Positions 10,048 through 20,328 of a stretch of 64,000 nt of DNA are shown here, one piece after another. The stretch covers positions 2,144,001-2,208,000 of the forward strand of contig OZ241917.1 in the NCBI GenBank assembly GCA_965203805.1. Reading direction: 5' to 3'. The position numbers were made by a program, and so were the translations under genes. The notes beneath the pieces are model-generated. The model had not been told where the DNA came from and did not search any database. It saw only the letters and a program-made list of their open reading frames with translations. Positions within the stretch are counted from its first letter, which is position 1, and every line of letters begins with the position of its first letter. This DNA comes from Candidatus Latescibacterota bacterium (GTDB lineage: Bacteria; Latescibacterota; UBA2968; GCA-2709665).

Positions 10048-11514
10048 CTACAGCCGTGGGCTAACGTGCCCGGCTGCGCCGGACGCTTCGACGTAAGCGT
10101 TGAGGCGCGCCGCGGCGCGTCCGCTGTCGATCACGTCTTCGGCACGCTCGACCGCCTGTGTCGCATCCACTTCAAATCCGAGTAGATGATCCTTGATTGC
10201 GGCGTTGAGCACGATCTGGTCGTAGGCCGGGCCTTTTTGTCCCGCAAGAGCGGCGCAACCCGCTTTTGCAAACGCTTCGGCAGAAACGGTTTCGGGTCTG
10301 GGATGCCCGTTGTAACGGAATCCGGCGGCTGCCGGGTCGATGTCGCGATCGTAAGTTTCGATCCGTCCGCCTCGGATCCGGAAGCCCCTCACATTGTTGA
10401 TGGCTTTTCGTTCCTCGTCGGAGGCTTTGCCCAGCCGCAGGCCGAAGGAACCGGCTCCTTCCACGCCCTTCACGACCAGGCCGGAGTCGAGGCCGCGGTC
10501 CGCTGCCAGTTGAAGAAACAGGTCTTCGTAGCCCGGATGGTAATAGCCGACGACCATGTGGTTTTCGCCGGCACACGTAAAAAGCTGCTGTGCTTTTTCC
10601 GTTGCCGCCCAGGGGGGTCGCTTTCCGATATGGGCACGCATGCCTCTGGCAGCATACGCGGCTGCCGAAAAGACGCGCTGGCTGACGTAGGCGAAACCAA
10701 CCCTTGGGTGCTCAATCAGACCGCCGGCCTGTTTCAGCGTGAGATTCACGTTTGCACCCAGCACCTTCAGGATCTGTTCGTCGTTCACCCCCCATTTCGG
10801 CGGCATTCCGTCCACGCCGTGCAGAACCGACGGGCGTCCCAGCGCGGCCCTGACGGCCGCAACGAACAGGGTCGGACGAAAATACTTGCTCGACCCGTCG
10901 TACGGTTCACCGAAATGGGTGAGCGACCCGACGTCGACCTTCACGACATTGGACGGGTCAAACCCGGCATCCAGGTATCCTCGCGCCTCATCGTATGTCT
11001 CGCGATTCATCCTCTGGCCGATCAGCGCCGCGCCTTTGAGCGCGTCTCGCACCCGCCCGTTCAGGATCACGCCGCACATCCGGCGAGTCTCCCCATAGCC
11101 GAGGTGCTGTCCGGCGAGGATTTTATGGAGAGCGGAAATGAGAACGGCTTCCTCCTCATTCCGCGCTTCCGGTTTCGCGCGTGTGTCCAGCAGATACAGG
11201 ATTTCGGGCGGCAGGTCCCGGCGGAGGGCGGCACGATATCTATCGAAAGCATCGGTTTCCGCGACACTCCACCGCGTCCCGGACGGAAAGCGGCGTCGAA
11301 GGGCCATGGCCGCGAAGAACGCGCCCATCTGGACGGAGGACACCCGCTGCGTATCGGACAATTCACCCCTGACCGAACCCAGTATCAGATCCAGAATGCG
11401 GTCGGGTTGGGGGTCCGTGGGTTTTACTCCCAGCGGGCGGGACTGATGCGGTCCGGTGCAGACCCGGGCCTGGGCTTCCAGCACTTCGGGATTCGGGTGA
11501 GGCTCAGTCGGCAT
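10048..11514 (-). CDS. Anthranilate phosphoribosyltransferase-like protein (TrpD2/YbiB-like)
   Basis: QMGAFFAAM, HFGEPYDG, LHGVDGMPPKWG and DVIDSGRAA motifs; likely start ATG 11514. Confidence 0.75.
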   Translation of the reverse strand: MPTEPHPNPEVLEAQARVCTGPHQSRPLGVKPTDPQPDRILDLILGSVRGELSDTQRVSSVQMGAFFAAMALRRRFPSGTRWSVAETDAFDRYRAALRRDLPPEILYLLDTRAKPEARNEEEAVLISALHKILAGQHLGYGETRRMCGVILNGRVRDALKGAALIGQRMNRETYDEARGYLDAGFDPSNVVKVDVGSLTHFGEPYDGSSKYFRPTLFVAAVRAALGRPSVLHGVDGMPPKWGVNDEQILKVLGANVNLTLKQAGGLIEHPRVGFAYVSQRVFSAAAYAARGMRAHIGKRPPWAATEKAQQLFTCAGENHMVVGYYHPGYEDLFLQLAADRGLDSGLVVKGVEGAGSFGLRLGKASDEERKAINNVRGFRIRGGRIETYDRDIDPAAAGFRYNGHPRPETVSAEAFAKAGCAALAGQKGPAYDQIVLNAAIKDHLLGFEVDATQAVERAEDVIDSGRAAARLNAYVEASGAAGHVSPRL

Positions 11515-11582
11515 GGCATTGATTTTCGTCGGTGAAGTGGCGTCGGCGATAGTATACGTGAAATCAAGTGTGTCATCAAGCG

Positions 11583-11633
11583 AGGCGGGCTGTGCCTCGG
11601 ATCTGAAAACTGGGCGCCGAGACACGGCCTGCC
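11583..11633. repeat. Imperfect 18-bp inverted repeat in the divergent intergenic region upstream of modA
   Basis: AGGCGGGCTGTGCCTCGG ... CCGAGACACGGCCTGCCT. Confidence 0.55.
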
Positions 11634-11744
11634 TGCCGGTCAAGGGCGTTTCGGGAGTGAAAAAACGGTTTGCACGAAAGGTGTTTTTTGTTAAATAAGA
11701 CGTGATTGAAGCATCGGAAATCCACGCCGTACCCGGGATCGGCG

Positions 11745-12536
11745 ATGACGGTAACCCGTTTGGCATGGTGCCTTGTCATATTAGGTTGGATGAGTTCCCG
11801 GCTTCAGGCCGAACCTGTCCGGGTTTATGCCGCGGTCAGTCTGATCGGTTCATTGAAGCAGATTGAGGGGATGTTCGAAAGGGAATCGGACGTGGAAGTC
11901 CGGTTCTCGTTCGCGGCGTCTTCCACGCTGGCCAGGCAGATCGAGCGCGGGGCGCCGGCCGCGGTTTTCATTTCCGCGAACCCCGCGTGGATGGATTATC
12001 TGGAGTCGCGGGGACTGATTCACCCTGACAGCAGGACCGACCTGCTCGGCAATGCGCTGGTGGTGGTTACGCCGGCGGGCGAGGGCTTCGACGTTAAATG
12101 GGAACAGGCGTTCGATTTCGCCGGGGCGTTTGAAGGACCGCTGGCAATTGCGGACCCCGATCTCGTTCCTGCCGGCATATATGCAAGACAGGCGCTCGTC
12201 AACCTGGGATGGTGGACGGATTTGAGCCGGCGCCTCGCCGTGGGTCAGGACGTGCGTTCCGCGCTCGCATTCGTGGAACAGGGCGCTTGCGCAGCGGGAA
12301 TTGTGTACGCAACCGATGCGGCCTCGAGCGACCGGGTGGACGCGCTGGGCGTGTTACCGTCAGGGACGCATGATGAGATTGTCTATGCCGTTGCGATCGT
12401 AAAGGGTCGGGTTACCGTGACGACGCGAAGATTCGTGGACTTCCTGAAGTCCGAGCAGGCCCACGACGTATTCACAGGCGATGGTTTTCGGGTTCCTGTT
12501 TTTCGGCGGAACCACGATCGATCTGATCGGGACTGA
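11745..12536 (+). CDS. modA: Molybdate ABC transporter substrate-binding protein
   Basis: Signal peptide, then YAAVSL, FAASSTLARQIERGAPA, VPAGIYA and GIVYATDA. Confidence 0.92.
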   Translation: MTVTRLAWCLVILGWMSSRLQAEPVRVYAAVSLIGSLKQIEGMFERESDVEVRFSFAASSTLARQIERGAPAAVFISANPAWMDYLESRGLIHPDSRTDLLGNALVVVTPAGEGFDVKWEQAFDFAGAFEGPLAIADPDLVPAGIYARQALVNLGWWTDLSRRLAVGQDVRSALAFVEQGACAAGIVYATDAASSDRVDALGVLPSGTHDEIVYAVAIVKGRVTVTTRRFVDFLKSEQAHDVFTGDGFRVPVFRRNHDRSDRD

Positions 12537-12553
12537 CGCGCAGGGGAGAGGTC

Positions 12554-13675
12554 ATGGCAATTCTGGAGCGGTTGAACGTCGGCGTTGCGGGCGCGGCGGG
12601 CAGAGGCGGGAGTTTTCGTGCGGCCTTCGACGCCCATCCCGTGGCCCGCCTGCATGCCGTCTGCGATATCCGGGAGGACATGCTGGATGCGGCAGCCGAA
12701 AAGCTCGGCGCCACGGAGACCTATTCGGACTACGAGGAAATGCTGGAGAGGTCCGAGCTGGATGCCGTGGTCATCGGCACGCCCATGCAGTTTCACGCGC
12801 CTCAGGCGATCGCTGCCCTGGAGTCTAACGTCCACGTGCTGAGCGAGGTGACAGCCGCGGTTTCAGTCGACGAATGCAGACGCCTCGTCGTTGCGGCCGC
12901 TGCAACCCCCGCGATATACATGATGGCCGAGAACTTCACGTACATGAAACCCAATGTGCTCGTGAAAGCGCTGGTGCGGCGGGGGCTGTTCGGGGAGGTC
13001 TATTACGCGGAGGGGGAATATGTCCACGAGTTGAAGGGATTGAACGAGATAACAACCTGGCGCCGGAAATGGCAGACGGGAATCGACGGCGTCACCTATG
13101 GCACGCACAGCCTGGGACCGATTCTTCAGTGGATGGAAGGCGACCGTGTGTCCCGGGTGTGCTGCGAGGGCAGCGGCCATCACTACGTAGATCCCAGAGG
13201 GAACCGGTATGAGAATCAGGACTCCTGCGTGATGCTGTGCAAGACGGCCGGCGGCGCGCTGATCAAAATACGGGTCGATATGCTGTCGGAGCGCCCGCAT
13301 TCAATGGCGAACTACGCCCTTCAGGGCACCACCGGGTGTTACGAGTCCGCCCGCGCGAAGGGAGAGGCGAACCGGATCTGGCTCGCGGACCTGTGCGAAG
13401 ACAGGAATACATGGTTGGACCTTACGGAACTGGAAGGAGAATACCTGCCGGAGATGTGGCGCGACCCTTCCGAAGACGCGTTGAAGGCGGGTCACGGGGG
13501 CGGGGACTATTTCGAGATTCTGGATTTCGTGAACGCCATTGTGGGAACGGCGCCCTGTCCGATCGGAATCCACGAGGCTATGGACATGACACTCCCCGGC
13601 CTGATCAGCCAGGCATCCGTCGCCAATGGCGGCGCGTGGATGGACGTACCCGATTCGAGGGCGTGGGTCCAGTGA
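12554..13675 (+). CDS. Gfo/Idh/MocA-family oxidoreductase
   Basis: Rossmann N-terminus; HVLSEV, MAEN, YAEGEY and GHGGGD motifs. Confidence 0.88.
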   Translation: MAILERLNVGVAGAAGRGGSFRAAFDAHPVARLHAVCDIREDMLDAAAEKLGATETYSDYEEMLERSELDAVVIGTPMQFHAPQAIAALESNVHVLSEVTAAVSVDECRRLVVAAAATPAIYMMAENFTYMKPNVLVKALVRRGLFGEVYYAEGEYVHELKGLNEITTWRRKWQTGIDGVTYGTHSLGPILQWMEGDRVSRVCCEGSGHHYVDPRGNRYENQDSCVMLCKTAGGALIKIRVDMLSERPHSMANYALQGTTGCYESARAKGEANRIWLADLCEDRNTWLDLTELEGEYLPEMWRDPSEDALKAGHGGGDYFEILDFVNAIVGTAPCPIGIHEAMDMTLPGLISQASVANGGAWMDVPDSRAWVQ

Positions 13676-13781
13676 CCTTTTCCAACGATATCTCACCCTT
13701 CGGCCGATTTCAGGCTACCTGTTGCGGGACAGAACACCAGCGACCCCGACGCCGGGATGCAGGAGGGGCCGCCCGGCAACC

Positions 13782-14579
13782 TCAGACAACCGTTGGCTTC
13801 AATGCATTCTCGCCGAATATTACCGGGAAGATATGACCGCGTGCGGATCGGGTAGCCGCGTGCATGTAACAGGTGCTGAACGCCCTGCGGGGAACGCCGG
13901 TATGATTTGTACCGGAGCTGTGCAACAGCCAGTTGTGCAGGAGAACGACTTCACCTTCTTCGAGCTCCAGATACACGTGCTCCGCCTTTCGGGTCAGTGC
14001 TTCCTTCTGCTCTGAGTTGAGGAAGCCGCTCGCGTTTTCGGGGTTGACCAGCCCCCATTTGTGAGACCCGGGGATGATTTTGACGCAGCCGTTGTCGACC
14101 GTGGACGGATCCAACGCCGTCCAGACGGTAACGAGCGGATCACGGTCGAGGTCGGTCCAGCGATCCTGGTGCCACGTCAGGTCGTGGCCATGTCCTGCCG
14201 GTTTGTTCATGAACATCGCGCGAAAACTGGCCACCGGGGCGTCCTGCCCGTAGGCCCTGGAACAGACATCCCGGAACAGCGGGTGCTGCATGTACACGAG
14301 GAAGAGGTCGTCGTATTCCAGATCCTGAATCTTCCGGTAGTTCAGGGTAGCGCCCTTGTGGCCTTTGGTCTGGGGTCCCGGACCCTCCCTGCCGTCGACG
14401 ACGTCCAGTTGCATCAGCGTGCGACTGTAGTCCAGCCGGGCCGTGCCCATCATGATCTCGTCGATACGACGCCTGAGGGCTTCCAGGGACGCCGCGGTCG
14501 CGACCTTGCCGAGGTGAAGATATCCCCCGGTTTGAAACCGTTCCCACTGTTCGTCAGTCAGAAAGTCCATAGGCTTCAC
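13782..14579 (-). CDS. Phytanoyl-CoA dioxygenase (PhyH) family protein
   Basis: WHQD, NGCVKIIPGSH and LLHSSGTN Fe(II)/2OG motifs. Confidence 0.88.
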   Translation of the reverse strand: MKPMDFLTDEQWERFQTGGYLHLGKVATAASLEALRRRIDEIMMGTARLDYSRTLMQLDVVDGREGPGPQTKGHKGATLNYRKIQDLEYDDLFLVYMQHPLFRDVCSRAYGQDAPVASFRAMFMNKPAGHGHDLTWHQDRWTDLDRDPLVTVWTALDPSTVDNGCVKIIPGSHKWGLVNPENASGFLNSEQKEALTRKAEHVYLELEEGEVVLLHNWLLHSSGTNHTGVPRRAFSTCYMHAATRSARGHIFPVIFGENALKPTVV

Positions 14580-14725
14580 TCATCAGCGTACCCGTGAGCC
14601 CGGCGTCCGCCATACCGGTCCGCAGGATCCGGGTCGGACACGTCCCGATTCCGCCGGAGCGGGTTACTCATTGGTAAGATAATGAAGTCGGGATCGCGCA
14701 TCAAGCATCCAGCGAGGAGCGTCCA

Positions 14726-15697
14726 ATGTCGGAGACGGTATTGTATCTCTCGAAAGACGATGTGGCGGCGGTGAATCTGTCGATGGGGGAAATCATCGAC
14801 GGGCTGGACCGGATGTTTGTGGAAAAGGGAGAAGGCAAAGTGGAGATGCCTCCCAAGCCGGGCATCCACACACAGCCGGACGCATTCATTCACGCAATGC
14901 CGGCGTTTATACCGAGCCTTGAATCCGCGGGGATGAAATGGGTATCCGGATACCCGGCGAACCAGGCGAAAGGGCTGCCGTACATCAGCGGACTGTTGAT
15001 TCTGAACGATCCTGAAACCGGCATTCCAACGTGCGTTATGGACTGCACGTGGATCACGGCGATGCGGACGGGTGCGGCGACCGCGGTTGCCGCGAAATAT
15101 CTCGCGCGAAAGGACAGTTCGACGGTCGGCATTGTCGCCTGCGGCGTACAGGGCCGCGGCAATCTGGAGGCCCTGTCGTGCATTTTTGACATCAGCGAAG
15201 TAAGGGCGTACGATCTGTATCCTGAGGTCGCGGACCGGTTCGCGGCGGAAATGGGGCCCCGACTCGGGGTGCGCATCGAGCCGGTTAGAGAGGTTTCGCA
15301 GGCCGTCAGGGAACTGGATCTCGTTGTTACGAGCGGGCCCATCAGGGAACGGCCGGAACCGATTGTGGGGGCCGGCTGGCTCGCGGAGGGATCTTTTGCC
15401 TGCCCGCTGGACTTCGATGCCTACTTCCGGGCCGATGCATTTCGTGAAGCGGACAAGCTGGCAAGCGACGATTCGGATCAGTTGGAATATTACCGGCAGA
15501 CCGGTTTTTTCGAAGATACACCGGAGCCATATGCAGACCTGGGTGAAATCGCCGCCGGGCTGAAGCCGGGACGGGAGTCGGACCGGGAACGCACGATCGC
15601 GATCAATCTGGGCCTCGGTCTGGAGGACATGGCCACGGCGATTCTGGTATATCGTCGTGCAGTGGCGCTGGGAATCGGGACTGAGCTACCGCTGTAA
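14726..15697 (+). CDS. Ornithine cyclodeaminase/mu-crystallin family protein
   Basis: ITAMRTGAA, CGVQG and GLGLEDMATA motifs. Confidence 0.9.
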   Translation: MSETVLYLSKDDVAAVNLSMGEIIDGLDRMFVEKGEGKVEMPPKPGIHTQPDAFIHAMPAFIPSLESAGMKWVSGYPANQAKGLPYISGLLILNDPETGIPTCVMDCTWITAMRTGAATAVAAKYLARKDSSTVGIVACGVQGRGNLEALSCIFDISEVRAYDLYPEVADRFAAEMGPRLGVRIEPVREVSQAVRELDLVVTSGPIRERPEPIVGAGWLAEGSFACPLDFDAYFRADAFREADKLASDDSDQLEYYRQTGFFEDTPEPYADLGEIAAGLKPGRESDRERTIAINLGLGLEDMATAILVYRRAVALGIGTELPL

Positions 15698-15985
15698 TCG
15701 GGCCCCATCAGCCTCAATTCGAAAAAAGAAAACCGAAGAATTGGCCACAAAAAGCACAAAGAGCATCCGTTCAAAGTAGCGTGTGTCGTAACGCCGTGAC
15801 CCTGCGGTTATTTCCTCACCGGGCAGAAAAGGTCGTCCGGAAGGACATTTTTTTCGTTCACGTCCAGCGACCTGAAGGATCATGGAAATCAGCAGTTAAA
15901 TCGCCTTTATTCACTTGCACACATTCGAATTAACGTCCCCGAATAACGACGAATCAAGGTTAGATCAAGATGCCGAGGAGGCGCA

Positions 15986-17107
15986 ATGACTCGACAGACT
16001 GACAATCCGGAACAGATCGGGATTTCCGCTGGAGGCTTGCAGGCAGCTTGCGGTATCCTCGAGGAGGCGGTGGTGCGGGGCGAGTTGATGGGCGCGGCGC
16101 TCCAGGTTTCCCGGGGCGGCGTCGCTATTCGGCCGGCGTGTTTCGGGCGCCGTACCCTGGACCCCGGGGGACCTCCGGTTGCGCCGGACACCGTCTTCCT
16201 GATCGCGTCCATCACCAAGCCGATCGTGGCGGCGGCGGTGATGTTGCTCGTGGAGCGGGGCAAGGTCTGCCTGGACGACCCGGTGACGGCGTTCGTACCG
16301 GAGTTCGGCCGGGCGGGCAAGGAAGGCGTTCAGGTGCGGCATCTCCTGACCCACACGTCCGGGCTGCCGGACATGCTGCCTGAGAACCTGGCATTGCGCG
16401 CCGAACACGCGCCGCTGGATGTCTTTATTCAACACATCTGCAAGGTAAAGCTGCTATTCAGACCCGGCACCAGAATCTCTTACCAGAGCTGTGGAATCGC
16501 CATGCTGGGCGAAATCGTCCGGCAGATCGAGGCAATGCCGGTGCGGGCATTCCTCAGGCGGGCGTTTTTCGAACCGCTGGACCTCGTGGATACCTCGCTG
16601 GGTCGTCCGAACCGGAACCCGCGCGATTCAGACGTGAAAATACACAGCGGAGAATACGGCGCAGCGGACGCCGTGTCCTGGAACTGGAACTCGGAATACT
16701 GGAGAGGGTTCGGCGCCCCCTGGGGCGGGCTGTTGACCACCACGGCAGAGATGACGGCGCTCTGTCAGGCCTTTCTGTACAAGGGCGCGCTGAACGGGAC
16801 CCGCATCCTGAGCCCGGCGACGGTTTCCGCAATGACGGCGGACCAGACGTCGGCGATGCCGGATTTGAGCCGGTCCGACCGGCTCCGACAGCGTTGGGGG
16901 CTGGGATGGCGCGTGCGCGACCGGGTATGTTCAATCTTCGGAGATCTGACTTCGGACGCCACCTTCGGACACGAGGGAGCGACGGGAACCGTGGCCTGGG
17001 TGGACCCGGAGACGGAGACGACGTGCGTGCTGTTCACCAACGACCCGCACGGTGCGGCTTCCCTGCGTCCACGGGTAGGTAATGCCGTTGCCGCCGCCGT
17101 CATGTAG
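15986..17107 (+). CDS. Serine hydrolase, beta-lactamase class C-like
   Basis: IASITK (SxxK), LLTHTSGL and FGHEGATG motifs. Confidence 0.88.
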   Translation: MTRQTDNPEQIGISAGGLQAACGILEEAVVRGELMGAALQVSRGGVAIRPACFGRRTLDPGGPPVAPDTVFLIASITKPIVAAAVMLLVERGKVCLDDPVTAFVPEFGRAGKEGVQVRHLLTHTSGLPDMLPENLALRAEHAPLDVFIQHICKVKLLFRPGTRISYQSCGIAMLGEIVRQIEAMPVRAFLRRAFFEPLDLVDTSLGRPNRNPRDSDVKIHSGEYGAADAVSWNWNSEYWRGFGAPWGGLLTTTAEMTALCQAFLYKGALNGTRILSPATVSAMTADQTSAMPDLSRSDRLRQRWGLGWRVRDRVCSIFGDLTSDATFGHEGATGTVAWVDPETETTCVLFTNDPHGAASLRPRVGNAVAAAVM

Positions 17108-17204
17108 TGCGCGTTTCGGGCCACGTCCTGGAAGGATCGAGTTCCGCACTTTGTCCTGCATCCCTGTTGCTCCCGCCGACACGAACCGGCGAAAACCCTG
17201 GACG

Positions 17205-18173
17205 TTATCCTTCCACGTGAACGTTGCCGAAGAGTGTGCTGACCGACTCGTCGTTGTGGATACGACGGATGGCTTCCGCCAGAATGGAAGCAACGGAAAG
17301 CACCTTGATTTTCCCGTTCTGCACGGTTTCAGGAACGGGAATGGAATTCGAAACGACCAATTCGGTAAGGACGGAGTTCTCAACGCGTTCCACGGCAGGG
17401 CCGGCCAGCACCGGGTGGACGATTACGGCGCTGATATCCAGGGCCCCATGTTCTCTCAGGACCGTAGCGGCCTCGACGAGCGACCCGCCGGTGGAAATGA
17501 GATCGTCGATGATCACGACGTTCTTACCTTCCACATCGCCAATTATGTTCAGAACTTCCGTTTGAGTACCGCTCGAGCGTCGTTTGTCCACGATGGCCAG
17601 TGGAGCGTCCAGCAGTTCGGAATAGGCGCGTGTCATCTTGATGTTGCCCACGTCGGGCGTGACCGTGACCAGGTTTTCCATGCGCCTTTCCATCAGGTAG
17701 CTTCCGAAGACATTGATGGAGTACAGGTGGTCCATGGGGATGTCGAAGAATCCCTGGATCTGGTTGGAATGCAAGTCCAGCGAGAGGACCCGCCTGGCGC
17801 CGGCGGTGACGATGAGGTTCCCGATCAGTTTGGCGGTAATCGGCACCCGCGGCCTGTCTTTTCGGTCCTGCCGGGCATAGCCGTAATAGGGCAGTACGGC
17901 GGTAATCCGCCGGGCGGAGGCGCGACGGGCGGCGTCGATGAGAATGAGGATTTCCATCAGGGCGTCGTTTGGCGTAAACACCCCGTTGCCGCAGATTGGC
18001 TGAACGATGTAGACGTCGTTGCCGCGCACGTTTTCGCGAATCTGAACGCCTGTCTCTCCTCCGGGAAAGCTCTCGACTTCAGCATCTCCCAGGCTGATGT
18101 TGAGGTGTTGGCAGATTTCTTCGGCCAGAGGTCTGTTGATGTTGCCTGTGAAAACTTGAAAGTCGTAAGCCAA
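17205..18173 (-). CDS. prs: Ribose-phosphate pyrophosphokinase
   Basis: PYYGYARQDRK, DLHSNQIQGFFD and DDLISTGGS motifs. Confidence 0.96.
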   Translation of the reverse strand: MAYDFQVFTGNINRPLAEEICQHLNISLGDAEVESFPGGETGVQIRENVRGNDVYIVQPICGNGVFTPNDALMEILILIDAARRASARRITAVLPYYGYARQDRKDRPRVPITAKLIGNLIVTAGARRVLSLDLHSNQIQGFFDIPMDHLYSINVFGSYLMERRMENLVTVTPDVGNIKMTRAYSELLDAPLAIVDKRRSSGTQTEVLNIIGDVEGKNVVIIDDLISTGGSLVEAATVLREHGALDISAVIVHPVLAGPAVERVENSVLTELVVSNSIPVPETVQNGKIKVLSVASILAEAIRRIHNDESVSTLFGNVHVEG

Positions 18174-18357
18174 AACATCAGCCTCCTTGGGAGTTCGAAT
18201 CGCGCGGTTGAAAGTTCGTCTCGGGACTGCGGGTGAAATATATGCCCCGTCTTACGGCGGAGCAATTGAATTTGACAACGCGAAGGGATTCAGGTTGCCC
18301 GCTGCGAGGGCGCCTCCGCTCGTCCCCGGAATATTTCTTACCTTGCAGTAGGGTATC

Positions 18358-19086
18358 ATGTTGACCATTCTCTACCAGGACGACCATTACGTGGCCGTTG
18401 ACAAACCGAGCGGCATCTTCGTACACCCCACCCGCCTCGGGCCAAGGGAACCCAACTGCATGTCCCGACTCGGCAGGCAACTGGGTCGTCCCGTCTACAC
18501 CATTCACAGGCTGGACCGCGCCACCTCGGGCGTGCTCCTCTTCGCCCTGAGTTCCGAAGCGGCCAGGGAGATGTGCGTCCTGTTCGAAGAGCGCCGCATC
18601 CAGAAGGAATACCTGGCCGTGGTTCGGGGGTTTGCGCCCGAAGCCGGACGGATCGATCATCCCCTGCGAAAAGAAAAGAAAAAGCCGGCGGTGGAAGCGG
18701 TGACCCACTATGTCCGGATCGGGACGGTCGAACTTCAGGAGCCCGTCGGCAGACACGAGACAGCGCGTTTCTCGCTGGTGCGGGCTGTTCCTCAAACCGG
18801 CCGCATGCACCAGATTCGACGACACATGGCGCATATATCCCATCCCGTTCTGGGCGACACCCGGTACGGGGACGGCGCCCAGAACCGGTTCTTTCGCGCC
18901 AGGTTCGGTATGTGCCGCCTCGCGCTGATGGCCTCCCGGCTTGCGTTTCGGCACCCGTATACCTGCAACGGCGTTGCCGTTGTCGCGAATCCGTCGGAAG
19001 ATCTCCAGGCGACGTTCGCCGGGTTGGGATGGGACGGGTCGCTGCCTCCCTACCCGCATCCGCCGCTCGACTCCCTGACGCTCTGA
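18358..19086 (+). CDS. truC: tRNA pseudouridine synthase, TruC/RluA family
   Basis: HRLDRATSG catalytic motif; TGRMHQIRRHMAHISHP. Confidence 0.82.
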   Translation: MLTILYQDDHYVAVDKPSGIFVHPTRLGPREPNCMSRLGRQLGRPVYTIHRLDRATSGVLLFALSSEAAREMCVLFEERRIQKEYLAVVRGFAPEAGRIDHPLRKEKKKPAVEAVTHYVRIGTVELQEPVGRHETARFSLVRAVPQTGRMHQIRRHMAHISHPVLGDTRYGDGAQNRFFRARFGMCRLALMASRLAFRHPYTCNGVAVVANPSEDLQATFAGLGWDGSLPPYPHPPLDSLTL

Positions 19087-19231
19087 GGACGGCCCGAAAC
19101 ACCCCCACCGGCCCGCCTGCATTTGCCGGGAAACAGCGATAGCGACCGATCCGAGAACTGCAGGGGCGGGGCAACGCACTGCCCTGCGCAAAAGGGTCGA
19201 CGCAGAATGACCGAAACGGGGTCCTGACCGC

Positions 19232-20185
19232 ATGCCCGCCGATCCGGAACACATCACGATTATCCGAAGCGGCGCCATTGGAGATTTCGTCCTGACGCTT
19301 CCCGCGGTGAACGCGTTGCAACTGGCTTACCCGCGCTCGCGTCTTCGACTCATCGGCAACCCCTCGATCCTGCGCCTTGGGCCCGTGAGAAACCTGATTG
19401 ACATCAACAGTGCCGAAATCGCCGGCCTGTACAATCCCGAAGGCGCCGTTCCCGAACGCACCCGGGCCCTCTTTGCCGGTGTCGACCTGCTTCTGGCCTA
19501 CGCCGTCGACCCGGACCGGCGGCTTCAAACGCGCCTCTCGGAGATTGTCCGCGGCCGGGCAATCGTATTCGATCCCCGCCCCAAACGGGACACCCACATT
19601 ACAGACCACCTGCTGGCGCCGCTCCACAGGATTTCCGTACCCGTGTCCGACCCGATCCCCAGGATCCCGTTGAACGAGATTGATTTGGATCATTCCCGCG
19701 GCATCCTTCAAAGACAACGTCTGCCTTCGCCCCTGGTCGCCATCCACCCGGGCAGCGGCGGCCGGGGAAAGTGCTGGCCATTACCGTCCTTTCTGAAGCT
19801 TGCCCGGAAACTCCGCGCCCGAGGCGCAGGTGTCTTCACGTTATGCGGGCCCGTGGAACGACAGAGGGTCGATGCGCTGCGGGCTCACGTTCCATCCCTG
19901 ATTCCCGGGGACCTTCGCAGCCTGGCGGGACTGCTGCGACACGCCGACCTTTTCGTTGGAAACGACTCCGGCCCGGGACACGTAGCCGCGGCGATCGGCA
20001 CCCCCACGCTAACCCTGTTCGGGCCCACGGACGCGGAAACGTGGGGCCCCCGGCACCCTCTCTCCCGCGTATTGAAGGCCCCGGACGGACACCTCCCGTC
20101 CCTTTCGGTCGAATCCGTCCTGCGGGCCGTGCTCGAAATGTTCGCGTCCGTACCGTCACGGCCACCCGATTCACAGCTGACGTGA
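19232..20185 (+). CDS. Glycosyltransferase family 9 (heptosyltransferase-like)
   Basis: GAIGDF, HPGSG and GNDSGPGHVAAA motifs. Confidence 0.88.
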   Translation: MPADPEHITIIRSGAIGDFVLTLPAVNALQLAYPRSRLRLIGNPSILRLGPVRNLIDINSAEIAGLYNPEGAVPERTRALFAGVDLLLAYAVDPDRRLQTRLSEIVRGRAIVFDPRPKRDTHITDHLLAPLHRISVPVSDPIPRIPLNEIDLDHSRGILQRQRLPSPLVAIHPGSGGRGKCWPLPSFLKLARKLRARGAGVFTLCGPVERQRVDALRAHVPSLIPGDLRSLAGLLRHADLFVGNDSGPGHVAAAIGTPTLTLFGPTDAETWGPRHPLSRVLKAPDGHLPSLSVESVLRAVLEMFASVPSRPPDSQLT

Positions 20186-20328
20186 TCCTGTGTCGTCTTG
20201 ACACTCTTGTCTGTTCATCGTATTGAATTTGACAGCCCGGGACGAATGTGGGATATTACGAACGGGCATCGAAGGCGCATTGAGCCCGTCTTGTACGCAG
20301 GACGGGTACCCAAAACAAGGAGATTTGA

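Noticed and set aside
15720-15770. A-rich GCCACAAAAAGCACAAAGAG tract resembling a dispersed intergenic repeat
   Set aside because: Single partial copy with no inverted partner seen in this window
18186-18210. GTTCGAATC tRNA T-loop-like motif upstream of prs
   Set aside because: The flanks do not pair into a T stem and no cloverleaf is possible
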